Part shown: positions 28,431 through 38,307 of the stretch, piece after piece | Numbering within the stretch: the stretch's first letter is position 1 | Layout of the letters: the number at the start of each line of letters is the position of its first letter | Source: Proteiniphilum sp. UBA5384 | Lineage (GTDB): Bacteria > Bacteroidota > Bacteroidia > Bacteroidales > Dysgonomonadaceae | Reading direction: 5' to 3' | Assembly: GCF_002410825.1 (NCBI RefSeq) | Contig: NZ_DHOS01000034.1 | Span: 90,088 to 154,087, forward strand | Length of the DNA: 64,000 nucleotides | The notes under the pieces: generated by a model | The model's input: only the letters and a program-made list of their open reading frames with translations | The model's database searches: none | Told to the model about the DNA's origin: nothing | Position numbers and translations under genes: made by a program

Positions 28431-29633
28431 TTATCCTTTCTCCAAAATCTTTATCGTATCGTTGGCGATCGTCAACTCTTCATCGGTGGGGATGATAACT
28501 ACTTTTACTTTGGAAGAGGGTTTGCTGATTACTGCTTCTTTGCCGTGGACGGCGTCGTTCAGTGCTTCATCCAGTTCAATTCCCATATATTCCATATTTC
28601 GGCAGACATCCCTTCTGGTGACAGCCTGATTTTCTCCTACACCTCCGGTGAATACCAGAATATCCACTCCTCCCAGTACGGCTGCATAAGAGCCGATATA
28701 TTTCTTGATACGATAGTTGTAGGTCTCCATCGCCAGGGCTGCACGCTCATTTCCACTTTCAATGGCGGCACTGATTTCCCGCATATCGGAAGATATTCCT
28801 GAAATACCGAGCACTCCCGAGAATTTATTCAACAAGGTGGATATCCCATTGGTGCCCATGTGTTCTTTCTCCATAATGTAGGAGATGGCGCCGGGATCCA
28901 CGTCGCCCGAACGGGTGCCCATGATTAAACCTTCTACGGGGGTCATCCCCATGCTGGTGTCCATGGACTTCCCGTTTTTGATGGCGGTAACCGATCCACC
29001 GTTACCGATATGGGCGGTAATGATGCGTTGCTCTTCGTAGGGGACACCCAGGAACTCGCATACCCTTTCCGAGACATAGCGGTGACTGGTGCCATGGAAT
29101 CCGTAGCGGCGAATACCATATTTTTCGTACAACGAATAGGGTATTCCGTACATGTAGGCATAATCGGGCATGGTCTGATGGAAAGCAGTGTCGAAAACGC
29201 CTACCTGGGGAGTTTCCGGCATCAGCTCCTGAATGGCGTAAATACCTTTCAGGTTGGGAGGATTATGCAGAGGAGCCAACTCAATGCATTCATTCAATAT
29301 CTCAATCACTTCGTCGGTAATGAGTACACTCTCGTTAAAACGTTCGCCGCCGTGCACTACCCTGTGTCCTACAGCCTCTATTTCGTCCAACGATTGAATG
29401 CAACCATATTTTTCACTCAGCAGTACACCCAGGATATATTCAATGCCGGCACGATGCTCCAGAATCTCCCCTTCTAAAATAACTTTCTGTCCGTCGGCAA
29501 GTGTGAACTTAAGGAAAGAACCCTTCATCCCGATTTTTTCTACACCGCCCTGGGCAATCACCTCTTTGCTCTCCATTTCGAAAAGCTTGTATTTGATGGA
29601 TGAACTTCCGCAGTTTAGGACTAATATTTTCAT
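28431..29633 (-). CDS. ackA: Acetate kinase
   Basis: LVLNCGSSSIK, GHRVVHGG, APLHNP, RRYGFHGTSH, TDEE. Confidence 0.98.
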   Translation of the reverse strand: MKILVLNCGSSSIKYKLFEMESKEVIAQGGVEKIGMKGSFLKFTLADGQKVILEGEILEHRAGIEYILGVLLSEKYGCIQSLDEIEAVGHRVVHGGERFNESVLITDEVIEILNECIELAPLHNPPNLKGIYAIQELMPETPQVGVFDTAFHQTMPDYAYMYGIPYSLYEKYGIRRYGFHGTSHRYVSERVCEFLGVPYEEQRIITAHIGNGGSVTAIKNGKSMDTSMGMTPVEGLIMGTRSGDVDPGAISYIMEKEHMGTNGISTLLNKFSGVLGISGISSDMREISAAIESGNERAALAMETYNYRIKKYIGSYAAVLGGVDILVFTGGVGENQAVTRRDVCRNMEYMGIELDEALNDAVHGKEAVISKPSSKVKVVIIPTDEELTIANDTIKILEKG

Positions 29634-29785
29634 CTTATTTATTCTTTATGTCGTCAAAATAGTCCCGACTTTCAGTCTAGGTTGACTTTGTCCATTTTCT
29701 GTCGTCACTCGGCATAGAACAAGTAAACTTGACTCTGCACTCGTTCCTAAGAAAATTCTTGGATCTTGACTCTTGGTTCTTTTAA

Positions 29786-30763
29786 TTAAACAATATTTTT
29801 ATTGAAGGAAACGGGGTTTCCGTCATTATCATAAATATAGAATCCCTTACCGGTACGGACCCCCAATTGGTTGGACCGGTACAGCTTCCATAGAATAGGA
29901 TTGGGCTTGTAATGCTTCACCCCGAAATCGTTGAACATAGCTTCCATAAGGGTGACAAGCCGTTCGATACCGACGATGTCAGCCATTCGGAAAATCCCGT
30001 ACCGTTGTCCGTAGATGATAGTGAAAGTCTCTTCAATATCTTCTATTGAACTAACCCTTTCCAGCAGGATCTGGCATGCCTCATTCAGCATGACCCCCAG
30101 CATCCGCAGGCTTACGTTACCATTGCTTTCATTGATGCGATGGGGTTTGTATTTGATCAGTCTGGCAAAGACCTCCATCTTGTGATAAACCTCTTCCGAG
30201 GTGTACATACCACTCACGATTTCCAGAATGCGGGCATCGGGATGTGACACGGGGAAGTAAAGGCTCACACAGCGTTCCTTATGATCGAGGTCGGCAGCTA
30301 ATTCGCTAATAATCACTGTGGATCCGTTGGATGCAATAATGGCATCTACATCGAGAATCTCTTCCAGTCGTTTGAAGATATTTTTTCGCAACGGAGTACT
30401 GCGCCGGCCGCTTTCTGAGTACCGGGTGCATTCAATAACCAAATCGCAGCCTTTAAAATCTTCATATACAAGAGTGGGCGTGATACGGTTCATGATGATC
30501 TTTTTTTCTGAAGGTGTCAACCCCCAGCTGCTAATCTTCTGATCCATGACTTTTTGTAATTCTCCCATCACGTAATCGATCCGTTCTTGTGACTCATCCA
30601 GAAAAACTACTTCCATGCCGGCTGTAGCGGCCATGTTGATGATGGTTCTACCCTCTTTGCCGGCACCGACTACTCCGATCTTTGAAAATAACTGTTTCTT
30701 CTTACTTTCGGATGAAATCGTAAGCCCGTATTTATCAATAGGTTCTATGATTATTTCGCTCAT
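29786..30763 (-). CDS. 3-hydroxyacyl-CoA dehydrogenase-fold protein with a degenerate active site
   Basis: Rossmann GAGKEG and C-terminal LGVRTGKGFYIY; the expected GxHFFNP reads SLYFPVS. Confidence 0.85.
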   Translation of the reverse strand: MSEIIIEPIDKYGLTISSESKKKQLFSKIGVVGAGKEGRTIINMAATAGMEVVFLDESQERIDYVMGELQKVMDQKISSWGLTPSEKKIIMNRITPTLVYEDFKGCDLVIECTRYSESGRRSTPLRKNIFKRLEEILDVDAIIASNGSTVIISELAADLDHKERCVSLYFPVSHPDARILEIVSGMYTSEEVYHKMEVFARLIKYKPHRINESNGNVSLRMLGVMLNEACQILLERVSSIEDIEETFTIIYGQRYGIFRMADIVGIERLVTLMEAMFNDFGVKHYKPNPILWKLYRSNQLGVRTGKGFYIYDNDGNPVSFNKNIV

Positions 30764-30772
30764 ATCCGGAGA

Positions 30773-31786
30773 CTATTTGTTTTGTTTTAACCCGATAGCC
30801 TGGTTGGCTGTGATGGCTACCATATTATAAATATCTTCTACTGAACAACCCCGTGAAAGATCATTTACCGGAGCAGCCATCCCTTGCAGCACCGGTCCGA
30901 CGGCTTCTGCATTGCCCAATCTCTGTACCAGCTTGTAACCGATATTTCCCGCTTCGAGCGTAGGAAAAACCAATATATTGGCTTTTCCAGCGATGGGGCT
31001 TCCCGGGGCTTTGCTTGCACCGACAGAGGGAACAATGGCAGCATCTGCCTGCAGCTCCCCGTCAATTTGTAATTCCGGATTGTTCTCTTTGACGATGCGG
31101 GTCGCTTCACGAACCTTGTCTACCATCTCATGTTCGGCACTTCCCTTGGTGGAGAAACTAAGCATAGCTATGTGCGGCTCCACGTTCACCATGCTCCTCA
31201 TCGTTTGTGCCGAGGCAATAGCGATGGATGCCAACTCTTCTGCATTTGGATTGGGCATCACGGCACAGTCGGCAAAGAGGAGCAGGCCATTCTCCCCATA
31301 TTGTGGCGTTTGGGTGAACATGATAAAAGCACCCGATACAACTTTTACGCCGGGTGAAGTCTTGATAATCTGCAAGGCCGGCCGGAGTACGTCGCCTGTC
31401 GTGTTTTTTGCCCCGGCTATCTCACCGTCTGCATCGCCCGCTTTGATCATAAGACAACCCAGATATAGCGGATCCTCCACCAGTTGGGATGCTTGTTCAT
31501 AAGTCATTCCTTTCTTTTTACGCAATTCTGTAAGGAGTTGAGTATAAATCTCTTTTTTATCATGTTCTTTTGGGTCTATGATTTTAGCCTTTCCGATATG
31601 AAGAAGGCCCAACTCTTTTGCAACTTTCTGTATTTCAGTAGTACTTCCCAATAGGATGATTTTCGCTACGCCGTCGCGAAGCAGTCGATCGGCTGCTGCG
31701 AGAGTCCGTTGTTCGGTGCCTTCAGGAAAAACGATACGCTGTATGTTCTCTTTAGCTCTTTTGATCAGATCATCAAGTAAGTTCAT
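30773..31786 (-). CDS. pta: Phosphate acetyltransferase
   Basis: IVFPEG, FADCAV, LSFSTKGSA, DGELQADAA, GNIGYK, NDLSRG. Confidence 0.97.
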   Translation of the reverse strand: MNLLDDLIKRAKENIQRIVFPEGTEQRTLAAADRLLRDGVAKIILLGSTTEIQKVAKELGLLHIGKAKIIDPKEHDKKEIYTQLLTELRKKKGMTYEQASQLVEDPLYLGCLMIKAGDADGEIAGAKNTTGDVLRPALQIIKTSPGVKVVSGAFIMFTQTPQYGENGLLLFADCAVMPNPNAEELASIAIASAQTMRSMVNVEPHIAMLSFSTKGSAEHEMVDKVREATRIVKENNPELQIDGELQADAAIVPSVGASKAPGSPIAGKANILVFPTLEAGNIGYKLVQRLGNAEAVGPVLQGMAAPVNDLSRGCSVEDIYNMVAITANQAIGLKQNK

Positions 31787-31854
31787 TGTAAAAAGTATGT
31801 TTTGGTCTTTTAATTCTTATCAATTTTCGATTGCAGAATATCCAACATTTCCGG

Positions 31855-31862
31855 CAAAAGTA
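31855..31862 (-). promoter_or_regulatory. -7 box for the pta operon
   Basis: TACTTTTG on the minus strand. Confidence 0.55.
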
Positions 31863-31902
31863 CAAAAAAAAGAGCATATAGAATAACAAAATGTCAATTG
31901 TT

Positions 31903-31933
31903 TTTGGATATGAAAACTTGTATGTTACCTTTG
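31903..31933 (+). promoter_or_regulatory. Promoter of the DMT transporter gene
   Basis: TTTG-N19-TACCTTTG. Confidence 0.6.
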
Positions 31934-31993
31934 TTCTTTTAGGGGAAAGAAGGGGTGGTGGATTTGATAATTAGTAATTAATTAAGCAAAAGG

Positions 31994-32908
31994 ATGAAAC
32001 CGTTGAAAAGAGAAGTGGCGGCGTATGCAGGTCTCACGTTGATGACTGTGATTATCGGGTTTTCTTTTATCTTTGTCAAGATCGCATTGCGTCATGCATC
32101 CACCACTGATTTGTTGGCACATCGATTTACAGCAGCCACAGTAGGCTTGTTGTGTTTTTACTTGTTCCGGCAAAAGGGATGGCCTGAACTTGGCGGGAAA
32201 AAGATGCTTCCCTTGCTTGTGACATCCCTTTTTTATCCGTTGCTGATGTTTTCGATGCAGACGGTGGGGTTACAATTTACTACTGCATCCGAAGCCGGCA
32301 TTTTATCGGCGACCACTCCCATCTTCACGATTATCCTTGCGGCACTGTTCCTTAAAGAGAGAAGCTCATTTTGGCAAATCATCTTTGTGCTATTATCAGT
32401 GGGAGGAATTGCCTACATCATGTACAAAAATGGATTAGGGGAAATAAGCAGTGAGACGTTGAAAGGTGATTTTTTTATCTTATTGTCTGTGGTATCGATG
32501 GCTATCTATTTTGTGTTGGGCAGGAAAGTCACCCAGCAGTTCGATGCCATGGATATTACTTTTTTCATGACGGTGGTTGCTTGCGTTGTATTCAACCTGC
32601 TTGCGGTAACAGATCACCTGAATTCAGGCACGTTACCGCTTTATTTTGATGCTTTCAAAAATATCGACTTTTTATGGACCATACTTTATCTGGGAGTGCT
32701 TTCTTCGTTCCTGACTTCATTCCTCACGAACAACGCTTTGAAGGTGATTCCGGCGTCGCAGGTCTCGATCTTCAATAACTTCAGCCCTGTGATAGCCGTT
32801 TTCGCCGGGGTGCTATTTTTGAATGAAACGCTCCATCTTTATCATATTATCGGAGGCATCATGGTACTGGTAGGAATTATCGGTGTGAATCTGTTAAAGA
32901 AGAAATGA
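31994..32908 (+). CDS. EamA/DMT family transporter
   Basis: About 10 TM helices in two EamA repeats; IGFSFIFVK, FLNETL. Confidence 0.92.
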   Translation: MKPLKREVAAYAGLTLMTVIIGFSFIFVKIALRHASTTDLLAHRFTAATVGLLCFYLFRQKGWPELGGKKMLPLLVTSLFYPLLMFSMQTVGLQFTTASEAGILSATTPIFTIILAALFLKERSSFWQIIFVLLSVGGIAYIMYKNGLGEISSETLKGDFFILLSVVSMAIYFVLGRKVTQQFDAMDITFFMTVVACVVFNLLAVTDHLNSGTLPLYFDAFKNIDFLWTILYLGVLSSFLTSFLTNNALKVIPASQVSIFNNFSPVIAVFAGVLFLNETLHLYHIIGGIMVLVGIIGVNLLKKK

Positions 32909-32946
32909 GGTTTAGATTACTTGAAAAATAGATTAAATATAAAGAA

Positions 32947-33276
32947 ATGATGAAAAATTGTCCAAACTGCAATGCTGAAGTTGAAAATAACTTCGAGTTA
33001 TGTTGGAACTGTAATTACAGTTTTAATGAACAAAGAATAGTTGATATCAAAGACATGGATGATGGGGGAAGATTGATTGACTGCTTAAGGTGTCATGTGC
33101 CTATGCTGTTTTCAGGAAAGTTCAAATTTCATGAGGGAACCAGAATGGGGATTTTAGGAGATTTATTTGAGATTTTTGTGAATCGGGAAGCATTTGACTT
33201 ATATGTATGTCCCAAATGTGGCAAGGTGGAGTTCTTTGCCCCGCTTGATAATAGCGGGTATAAATTTGATGAATAA
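32947..33276 (+). CDS. Small protein with four CxxC motifs (double zinc-ribbon-like)
   Basis: CPNC, CWNC, CLRC, CPKC. Confidence 0.75.
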   Translation: MMKNCPNCNAEVENNFELCWNCNYSFNEQRIVDIKDMDDGGRLIDCLRCHVPMLFSGKFKFHEGTRMGILGDLFEIFVNREAFDLYVCPKCGKVEFFAPLDNSGYKFDE

Positions 33277-33282
33277 AATAAA

Positions 33283-33645
33283 TTGAATGAAGACATTAAG
33301 ATTGGGAGCTCTAATGTATTAGCCTTTAGAGGCTATAGTTATACCAGTATATTGGTTGATATGAAAAGTGAAAAGCGAGTTGCTTCCGCAAAAGAGAAAG
33401 ATCAGGAAGTAATTCAACAATTGATTCGTCGGGTGATTAAGTGGGCTGATGAGGAGAGTTCATTGAGTTACCTGCCAACACGTAAGAATGATACTGCCCG
33501 TTTCCACTTGGGGCTTGATATGGATGAACACAGTAGAAGTCTAAAAAAAATGGAGGATACCAATTTTTTTTCAAAAGAGTTTTTAGATAATTACGATAAA
33601 ATTCATCGGAACTATTGAACGTATGTTGAAAATTAAAGCTTGATA
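33283..33645 (+). pseudogene. Fragment of a Bacteroidetes hypothetical protein
   Basis: Plausible protein-like text to NYDKIHR; a +1 frame continues TIERMLK before further stops; family resemblance is from memory only. Confidence 0.35.
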
Positions 33646-33727
33646 AAGATCAGCGTGTTGAGAAAGTAACAAGAAATGGGTTAAGCCCATATATTGGTCC
33701 CCAAATTTTAAATGAGGTGAAATATGT

Positions 33728-33846
33728 CTAAGGAACCGATTAATCCATGATTATATGGGTTAAACTATTTGATTTTCTGGGATGTGATAAGAAATAAGAT
33801 ACCTGAATTATATGAGCAGATAGTGGAAGTGGTTGATAAAGAGTAA
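33728..33846 (+). pseudogene. HepT/DUF86 (HEPN) toxin C-terminal remnant
   Basis: LRNRLIHDYMG (R-X4-H motif), then after a 1-nt deletion NYLIFWDVIRNKIPELYEQI. Confidence 0.75.
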
Positions 33847-33906
33847 GACACAATATTGACTGCTGCCAGGGTAAGTATCCCCATACTACTTATATCCATG
33901 AAGTTA

Positions 33907-35199
33907 TTAGATGGGGGCTGAAGCTTTTTCCATTTTCTTTTTGATCTCTTTAGTGCAGAGGTTGCCGATGCTGCCGGGGTGGGTGTGATGCACTTCTTTG
34001 GGTGCATGGAAAGTACCTGCCTGTACCTCTTTCCCTACTTGCTGATAGGCTTCGCGGAACGGGATGCCCTGCAATACGCGGTTGTTTACTTCTTCTACGG
34101 TGAAGAGGTATTCATACCGTGGGTCGGAGAGGATATTTTTGTTGACGGATATATTCTCAAGCATGAAACAGGTCATTTGTAAAAGCTTATGGAGCGTTTC
34201 CAGTGCGGGGAATAGTACTTCTTTCAATAATTGGTAATCGCGATGGTATCCATGGGGCATATTGGTGGTCATCAGCGTGATTTCATTGGGCAGGCTTTGC
34301 AGTCGGTTGCTATGACCCCGTATCAATTCCCATACGTCGGGATTTTTCTTGTGTGGCATAATACTCGACCCGGTGGTCAATGCATCGGGATAGGAGATAA
34401 AACCATAATTTCCTGAAAGATACATGCAGTTGTCGGCGGCCAGTTTATTGAGTGTGAAGGCGATATTGGACATGCTTTGTGCGAGGATACGCTCGGTCTT
34501 GCCGCGTCCCATCTGTGCGGCGACCACATTGTAATTCAGGGAGGCAAAACCCAATTCCCGGGTGGTCATCTCCCGATTCAGTGGGAAGGAACTGCCATAA
34601 CCTGCCGCGGACCCGAGGGGATTTTGATCGGCCACTTGCCATGCTGCGGCAAGTGTATGCATATCGTCCACCAATGTTTCGGCATAAGCGCCAAACCATA
34701 ACCCGAAAGAGGAGGGCATCGCCACCTGTCCGTGCGTATAACCGGGTAATAATACCTCTTTATGTTGTTCACTAAGGGATTGCAACAAGTCAAACAAAGC
34801 CAGGACCTCTTCTTTGATCTGTAGGATCTCCTCTTTGAGATACAGCTTGATATCGACCAATACCTGGTCATTGCGGGAGCGGCCGGAATGGATCTTTTTG
34901 CCCATCTCACCCAATCTCTCTGTCAGCATGGCTTCTACTTGTGAATGGATATCCTCGGCGTCATCGTCAAGCTTGAAATTGCCTTGTTCAACCTCCCTCA
35001 GGATGTTTTTCAATTCAGCTCTCAACGCCTTTTCTTCTTCCACCTCCAGAAGGCCGATCCCGACCAGCATCCTGATATGTGCCATTGATCCCAGAATATC
35101 ATGTTTGGCCAAACGTAAGTCGAGTTCGCGGTCGTTCCCCACGGTGAATTCTTCTACTTTTTTGTTGGCATCAAAGCCTTTATCCCATATTTTTGCCAT
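33907..35199 (-). CDS. argH: Argininosuccinate lyase
   Basis: HSGRSRNDQ, PGYTH, GSSIMPHKKNPD. Confidence 0.97.
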   Translation of the reverse strand: MAKIWDKGFDANKKVEEFTVGNDRELDLRLAKHDILGSMAHIRMLVGIGLLEVEEEKALRAELKNILREVEQGNFKLDDDAEDIHSQVEAMLTERLGEMGKKIHSGRSRNDQVLVDIKLYLKEEILQIKEEVLALFDLLQSLSEQHKEVLLPGYTHGQVAMPSSFGLWFGAYAETLVDDMHTLAAAWQVADQNPLGSAAGYGSSFPLNREMTTRELGFASLNYNVVAAQMGRGKTERILAQSMSNIAFTLNKLAADNCMYLSGNYGFISYPDALTTGSSIMPHKKNPDVWELIRGHSNRLQSLPNEITLMTTNMPHGYHRDYQLLKEVLFPALETLHKLLQMTCFMLENISVNKNILSDPRYEYLFTVEEVNNRVLQGIPFREAYQQVGKEVQAGTFHAPKEVHHTHPGSIGNLCTKEIKKKMEKASAPI

Positions 35200-35291
35200 C
35201 TCTTTTTCTTTTATGTTTTTTATTGCCTGTCCGAAACTGCATTTTTTCGTATAATCTCGTATAACCTCAGACAGCCTTGCATAATTGGTTG

Positions 35292-35299
35292 CAAATTTA
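35292..35299 (-). promoter_or_regulatory. Possible internal -7 box upstream of argH
   Basis: TAAATTTG on the minus strand in the 127-nt argE-argH gap. Confidence 0.4.
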
Positions 35300-35326
35300 C
35301 ATTTCTTTTCGGGGAGTTGAAAGTGA

Positions 35327-36391
35327 TTATTGTTGTTCAGCCAATTTTTCTATAAAATGGATGTATCCCTCAATTCCCTGTTGCAATTCTTTGATCCTCA
35401 CAAACTCGTCAGGACGATGGGATCGTTCTGATTCTCCCGGTCCCATTTTCAGGGCCGGGCAGGTAATTCGCATCCAATCGGAAGTAGTAGGGGAGGTGTA
35501 GCTTTCAATACCTAATTGTTGTACGCACAGCAGCAACGGATGACCAGTAGGTGTGGCCGAACTTCTATTGGTTAGTGACCGTGCTTTCAGTTCACTTTTC
35601 ACTATAGGCCGGAGGATCTCCATGATTTCGCTGTTGGTGTACATCTCTGTCGGACGGATATCCACCACGAAGCTACACCGGTCGGGAACTACATTGTGTT
35701 GTCTACCTGCATTGATCTGGGTGACAGTCAATTTCACTTCTCCCATTGTGAGTGATATTTTACTGAACTTCGTCGATCTAAGTATGTTGATATCATCGAT
35801 CGCAATGTAAAGCGCGTTCACTCCCTCATTACGGGCAGCATGTCCGCTTACCCCTTTCGCTTCTCCGTCGATCACCAGTAGTCCCCTTTCGGCTATGGCA
35901 GCCTTCATGCCGGTTGGTTCACCGATAATAGCCATACTTACTTCTTCGGAGAGATGTTGCCAAAGCAATCTCATCCCGTCGGTACCGGAATTCTCTTCCT
36001 CTGCCGACAATGCCAACAAGAGGTTGAAAGGTAATTCCTTCTCGTAAAAGTATAAAAATGTTTGTAATAATGTGACTACACTGGCGCCCGCGTCATTACT
36101 GCCCAACCCGTAGACATGAGTATTGGAACGGGGTGGGGTAAACGGATCGAAAGTATATCCGGTATTCGGGCGTACGGTGTCGAGATGCGAGTTTAGCATT
36201 AACGTTGGTTTTGATATGTTGTGATGAAGTTGGCGAACAATCAAGTTATTGCCGATGCGTTCTATGGAAATTCCTCTTTCACTGAAATATCCTGTCAGAA
36301 AGTTACTCCGAGGGCCTTCCTCTCCGGAGAATGATTGTATAGAAACCAGTTTTCTCAGCAACTCAACTGCGTTTTGTATATAAGAATCCAT
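35327..36391 (-). CDS. argE: M20 metallopeptidase, ArgE-type deacylase (probably acts on N-succinylcitrulline)
   Basis: NSHLDTV, GSNDAG, AEEE, GEPT, SHRPDE; operon context. Confidence 0.88.
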   Translation of the reverse strand: MDSYIQNAVELLRKLVSIQSFSGEEGPRSNFLTGYFSERGISIERIGNNLIVRQLHHNISKPTLMLNSHLDTVRPNTGYTFDPFTPPRSNTHVYGLGSNDAGASVVTLLQTFLYFYEKELPFNLLLALSAEEENSGTDGMRLLWQHLSEEVSMAIIGEPTGMKAAIAERGLLVIDGEAKGVSGHAARNEGVNALYIAIDDINILRSTKFSKISLTMGEVKLTVTQINAGRQHNVVPDRCSFVVDIRPTEMYTNSEIMEILRPIVKSELKARSLTNRSSATPTGHPLLLCVQQLGIESYTSPTTSDWMRITCPALKMGPGESERSHRPDEFVRIKELQQGIEGYIHFIEKLAEQQ

Positions 36392-36511
36392 TAAGAAATT
36401 AAAAAATTAAAAGTTAAAAGTGATATCCGGAATAAGACTTTATTAATTGACAATGAATTCTTCATTTCTCAATTTCAGACTTCTCCTTTAATTTGACACA
36501 TCAGTAAATCA

Positions 36512-37300
36512 TCACATTAAACTCGTCCCTTTTCCGGATAACAGGTTTTTTGCATGTAATACCACTACTTGTGATACGCCATTGTTGATCGCCTTGAAAG
36601 AGTTATCCAATTTGGGAATCATTCCATCCACGATAATACCCTGTTGTTTATAAACCGCATATTCTTCCCTATTCATGGTAAGTATCAGACTGTCCGGATC
36701 GTTTACATCCCCTAATACACCCTCTTTTTCAAAGCAATAATAGATCGTAACATTATATTTTTCCGAGAGCGCTGTAGCTACCGTATAGGCGATGGTGTCG
36801 GCGTTGGTGTTCAACAGTGAGCCGTTCTCGTCATGAGTAATAGCACAAAAAACGGGAGTAATATTGCTTTCGATCAATTTTGATATGAAGCCGGTATTGG
36901 TTTTATCCGGATCGGGATCGCCGACAAAACCAAAGTCGACGGGCACAGAGGAGCGTCGTATTGCCGGGATAGTGTTGGCATCCGCCCCTGAAAGGCCGAG
37001 AGCGTTGCAGCCTATTTTTTGCAGTAATGCCACTATATTTTTATTACCCCATCCGGCATATACCATTGTGACTACTTTAAGCGTTTCTTCGTCGGTAATA
37101 CGTCGTCCGTTTAACATTTTTGTCTCTATGCCGAGTTGTTTTGCCATCTTTGAAGCCATCACTCCTCCACCATGAACCAGTAGTTTATGTCCATCCAATT
37201 GGTGAAAGTCATACAGGAAGGATTCCAATGCTGCCGGATTATCTACTATATTTCCACCGATTTTTACAATCGAAAGGGTTGCTTTTTTATTCTCTGCCAT
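36512..37300 (-). CDS. argB: N-acylglutamate kinase
   Basis: KIGGN, VHGGG, NTNADT, GMIPKL. Confidence 0.95.
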   Translation of the reverse strand: MAENKKATLSIVKIGGNIVDNPAALESFLYDFHQLDGHKLLVHGGGVMASKMAKQLGIETKMLNGRRITDEETLKVVTMVYAGWGNKNIVALLQKIGCNALGLSGADANTIPAIRRSSVPVDFGFVGDPDPDKTNTGFISKLIESNITPVFCAITHDENGSLLNTNADTIAYTVATALSEKYNVTIYYCFEKEGVLGDVNDPDSLILTMNREEYAVYKQQGIIVDGMIPKLDNSFKAINNGVSQVVVLHAKNLLSGKGTSLM

Positions 37301-37353
37301 CTTTTTGTTAAATCGTTAAATCAACAAATCACATCAGTAAATCATTACATTAA

Positions 37354-38307
37354 CTACAGTCCCAGTAATATCTCTTTCAGTACCACTTGGGCCGAAACCA
37401 CGCGGTTGGCTGCTTCAGGAATTACTATCGATTGTGGGCTGTCGATCACTTCGTCACTGACGATCATATTACGTCGTACCGGCAGGCAGTGCATGAAATA
37501 TGCATTATTGGTCAGTGCCATTTTTTTTCGGTCTACTGTCCACGTGCGATCGGTGCTTAATATCTTTCCGTAGTTTGGATCCTTGAAAGCTGCCCAGTTC
37601 TTCGCATAGATAAAATCGGCATCTTTGTATGCCTTCTCCCTATCATATTCCACCATGGCATTGCCAACGAATTTCTCGTCCAACTCATATCCGACGGGAT
37701 GGGTGATCACGAAGTCATATCCGGTGGCGTTCATCCACTCGGCAAATGAATTGGGAACTGCCTGGGGCAGTGCCCTGGGATGAGGAGCCCAGGTGAGTAC
37801 CACTTTCGGCTTTTCCGTTTTTTTATATTCCTCTATCGTGATCAAGTCGGCAAAACTTTGTAACGGGTGGCGGGTGGCTGCTTCCATACTGAATACCGGT
37901 TTTCCGGAATATTGGATGAACTGATTCAGGATAACCTCGTTATAATCAGATGCTTTATCTTCGAACTGGGCAAATGAGCGCACTCCAATCACGTCGCAGT
38001 AGGATCCCATTACCGGAATTGCTTCAAGGATATGTTCCGGTTTATCGCCATCCATAATAACACCCTTTTCGGTCTCTAATTTCCATGCACCCTGATTGAT
38101 GTCGAGCACGATCACGTTCATCCCCAGGTTGAGCCCTGCTTTTTGGGTGCTCAAACGTGTACGCAGGCTCGAGTTGAAAAAAATCATCAATAAAGTCTTG
38201 TTTTTGCCCAACTCCTGGTCGGCAAAAGGATTTTCTTTGACCTGCCTGGCTTTTTCGAGTGCACTCTTCAGGTTACCGATGTCGTGTACGGATATGAAGT
38301 TCCTCAT
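37354..38307 (-). CDS. argF: N-succinylornithine carbamoyltransferase (ArgF')
   Basis: SLRTR, HPLQ, HCLP; residue 90 is Pro (GDKP90EH). Confidence 0.9.
   Translation of the reverse strand: MRNFISVHDIGNLKSALEKARQVKENPFADQELGKNKTLLMIFFNSSLRTRLSTQKAGLNLGMNVIVLDINQGAWKLETEKGVIMDGDKPEHILEAIPVMGSYCDVIGVRSFAQFEDKASDYNEVILNQFIQYSGKPVFSMEAATRHPLQSFADLITIEEYKKTEKPKVVLTWAPHPRALPQAVPNSFAEWMNATGYDFVITHPVGYELDEKFVGNAMVEYDREKAYKDADFIYAKNWAAFKDPNYGKILSTDRTWTVDRKKMALTNNAYFMHCLPVRRNMIVSDEVIDSPQSIVIPEAANRVVSAQVVLKEILLGL

Noticed and set aside
33765-34007. 80-aa minus-strand ORF
   Set aside because: It is an alternative frame of the argH end and is antisense to the HepT remnant.
35247-35266. TCGTATAATC/TCGTATAACC direct repeat in the argH leader
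   Set aside because: Only two copies and no other occurrence noticed; likely a local duplication.
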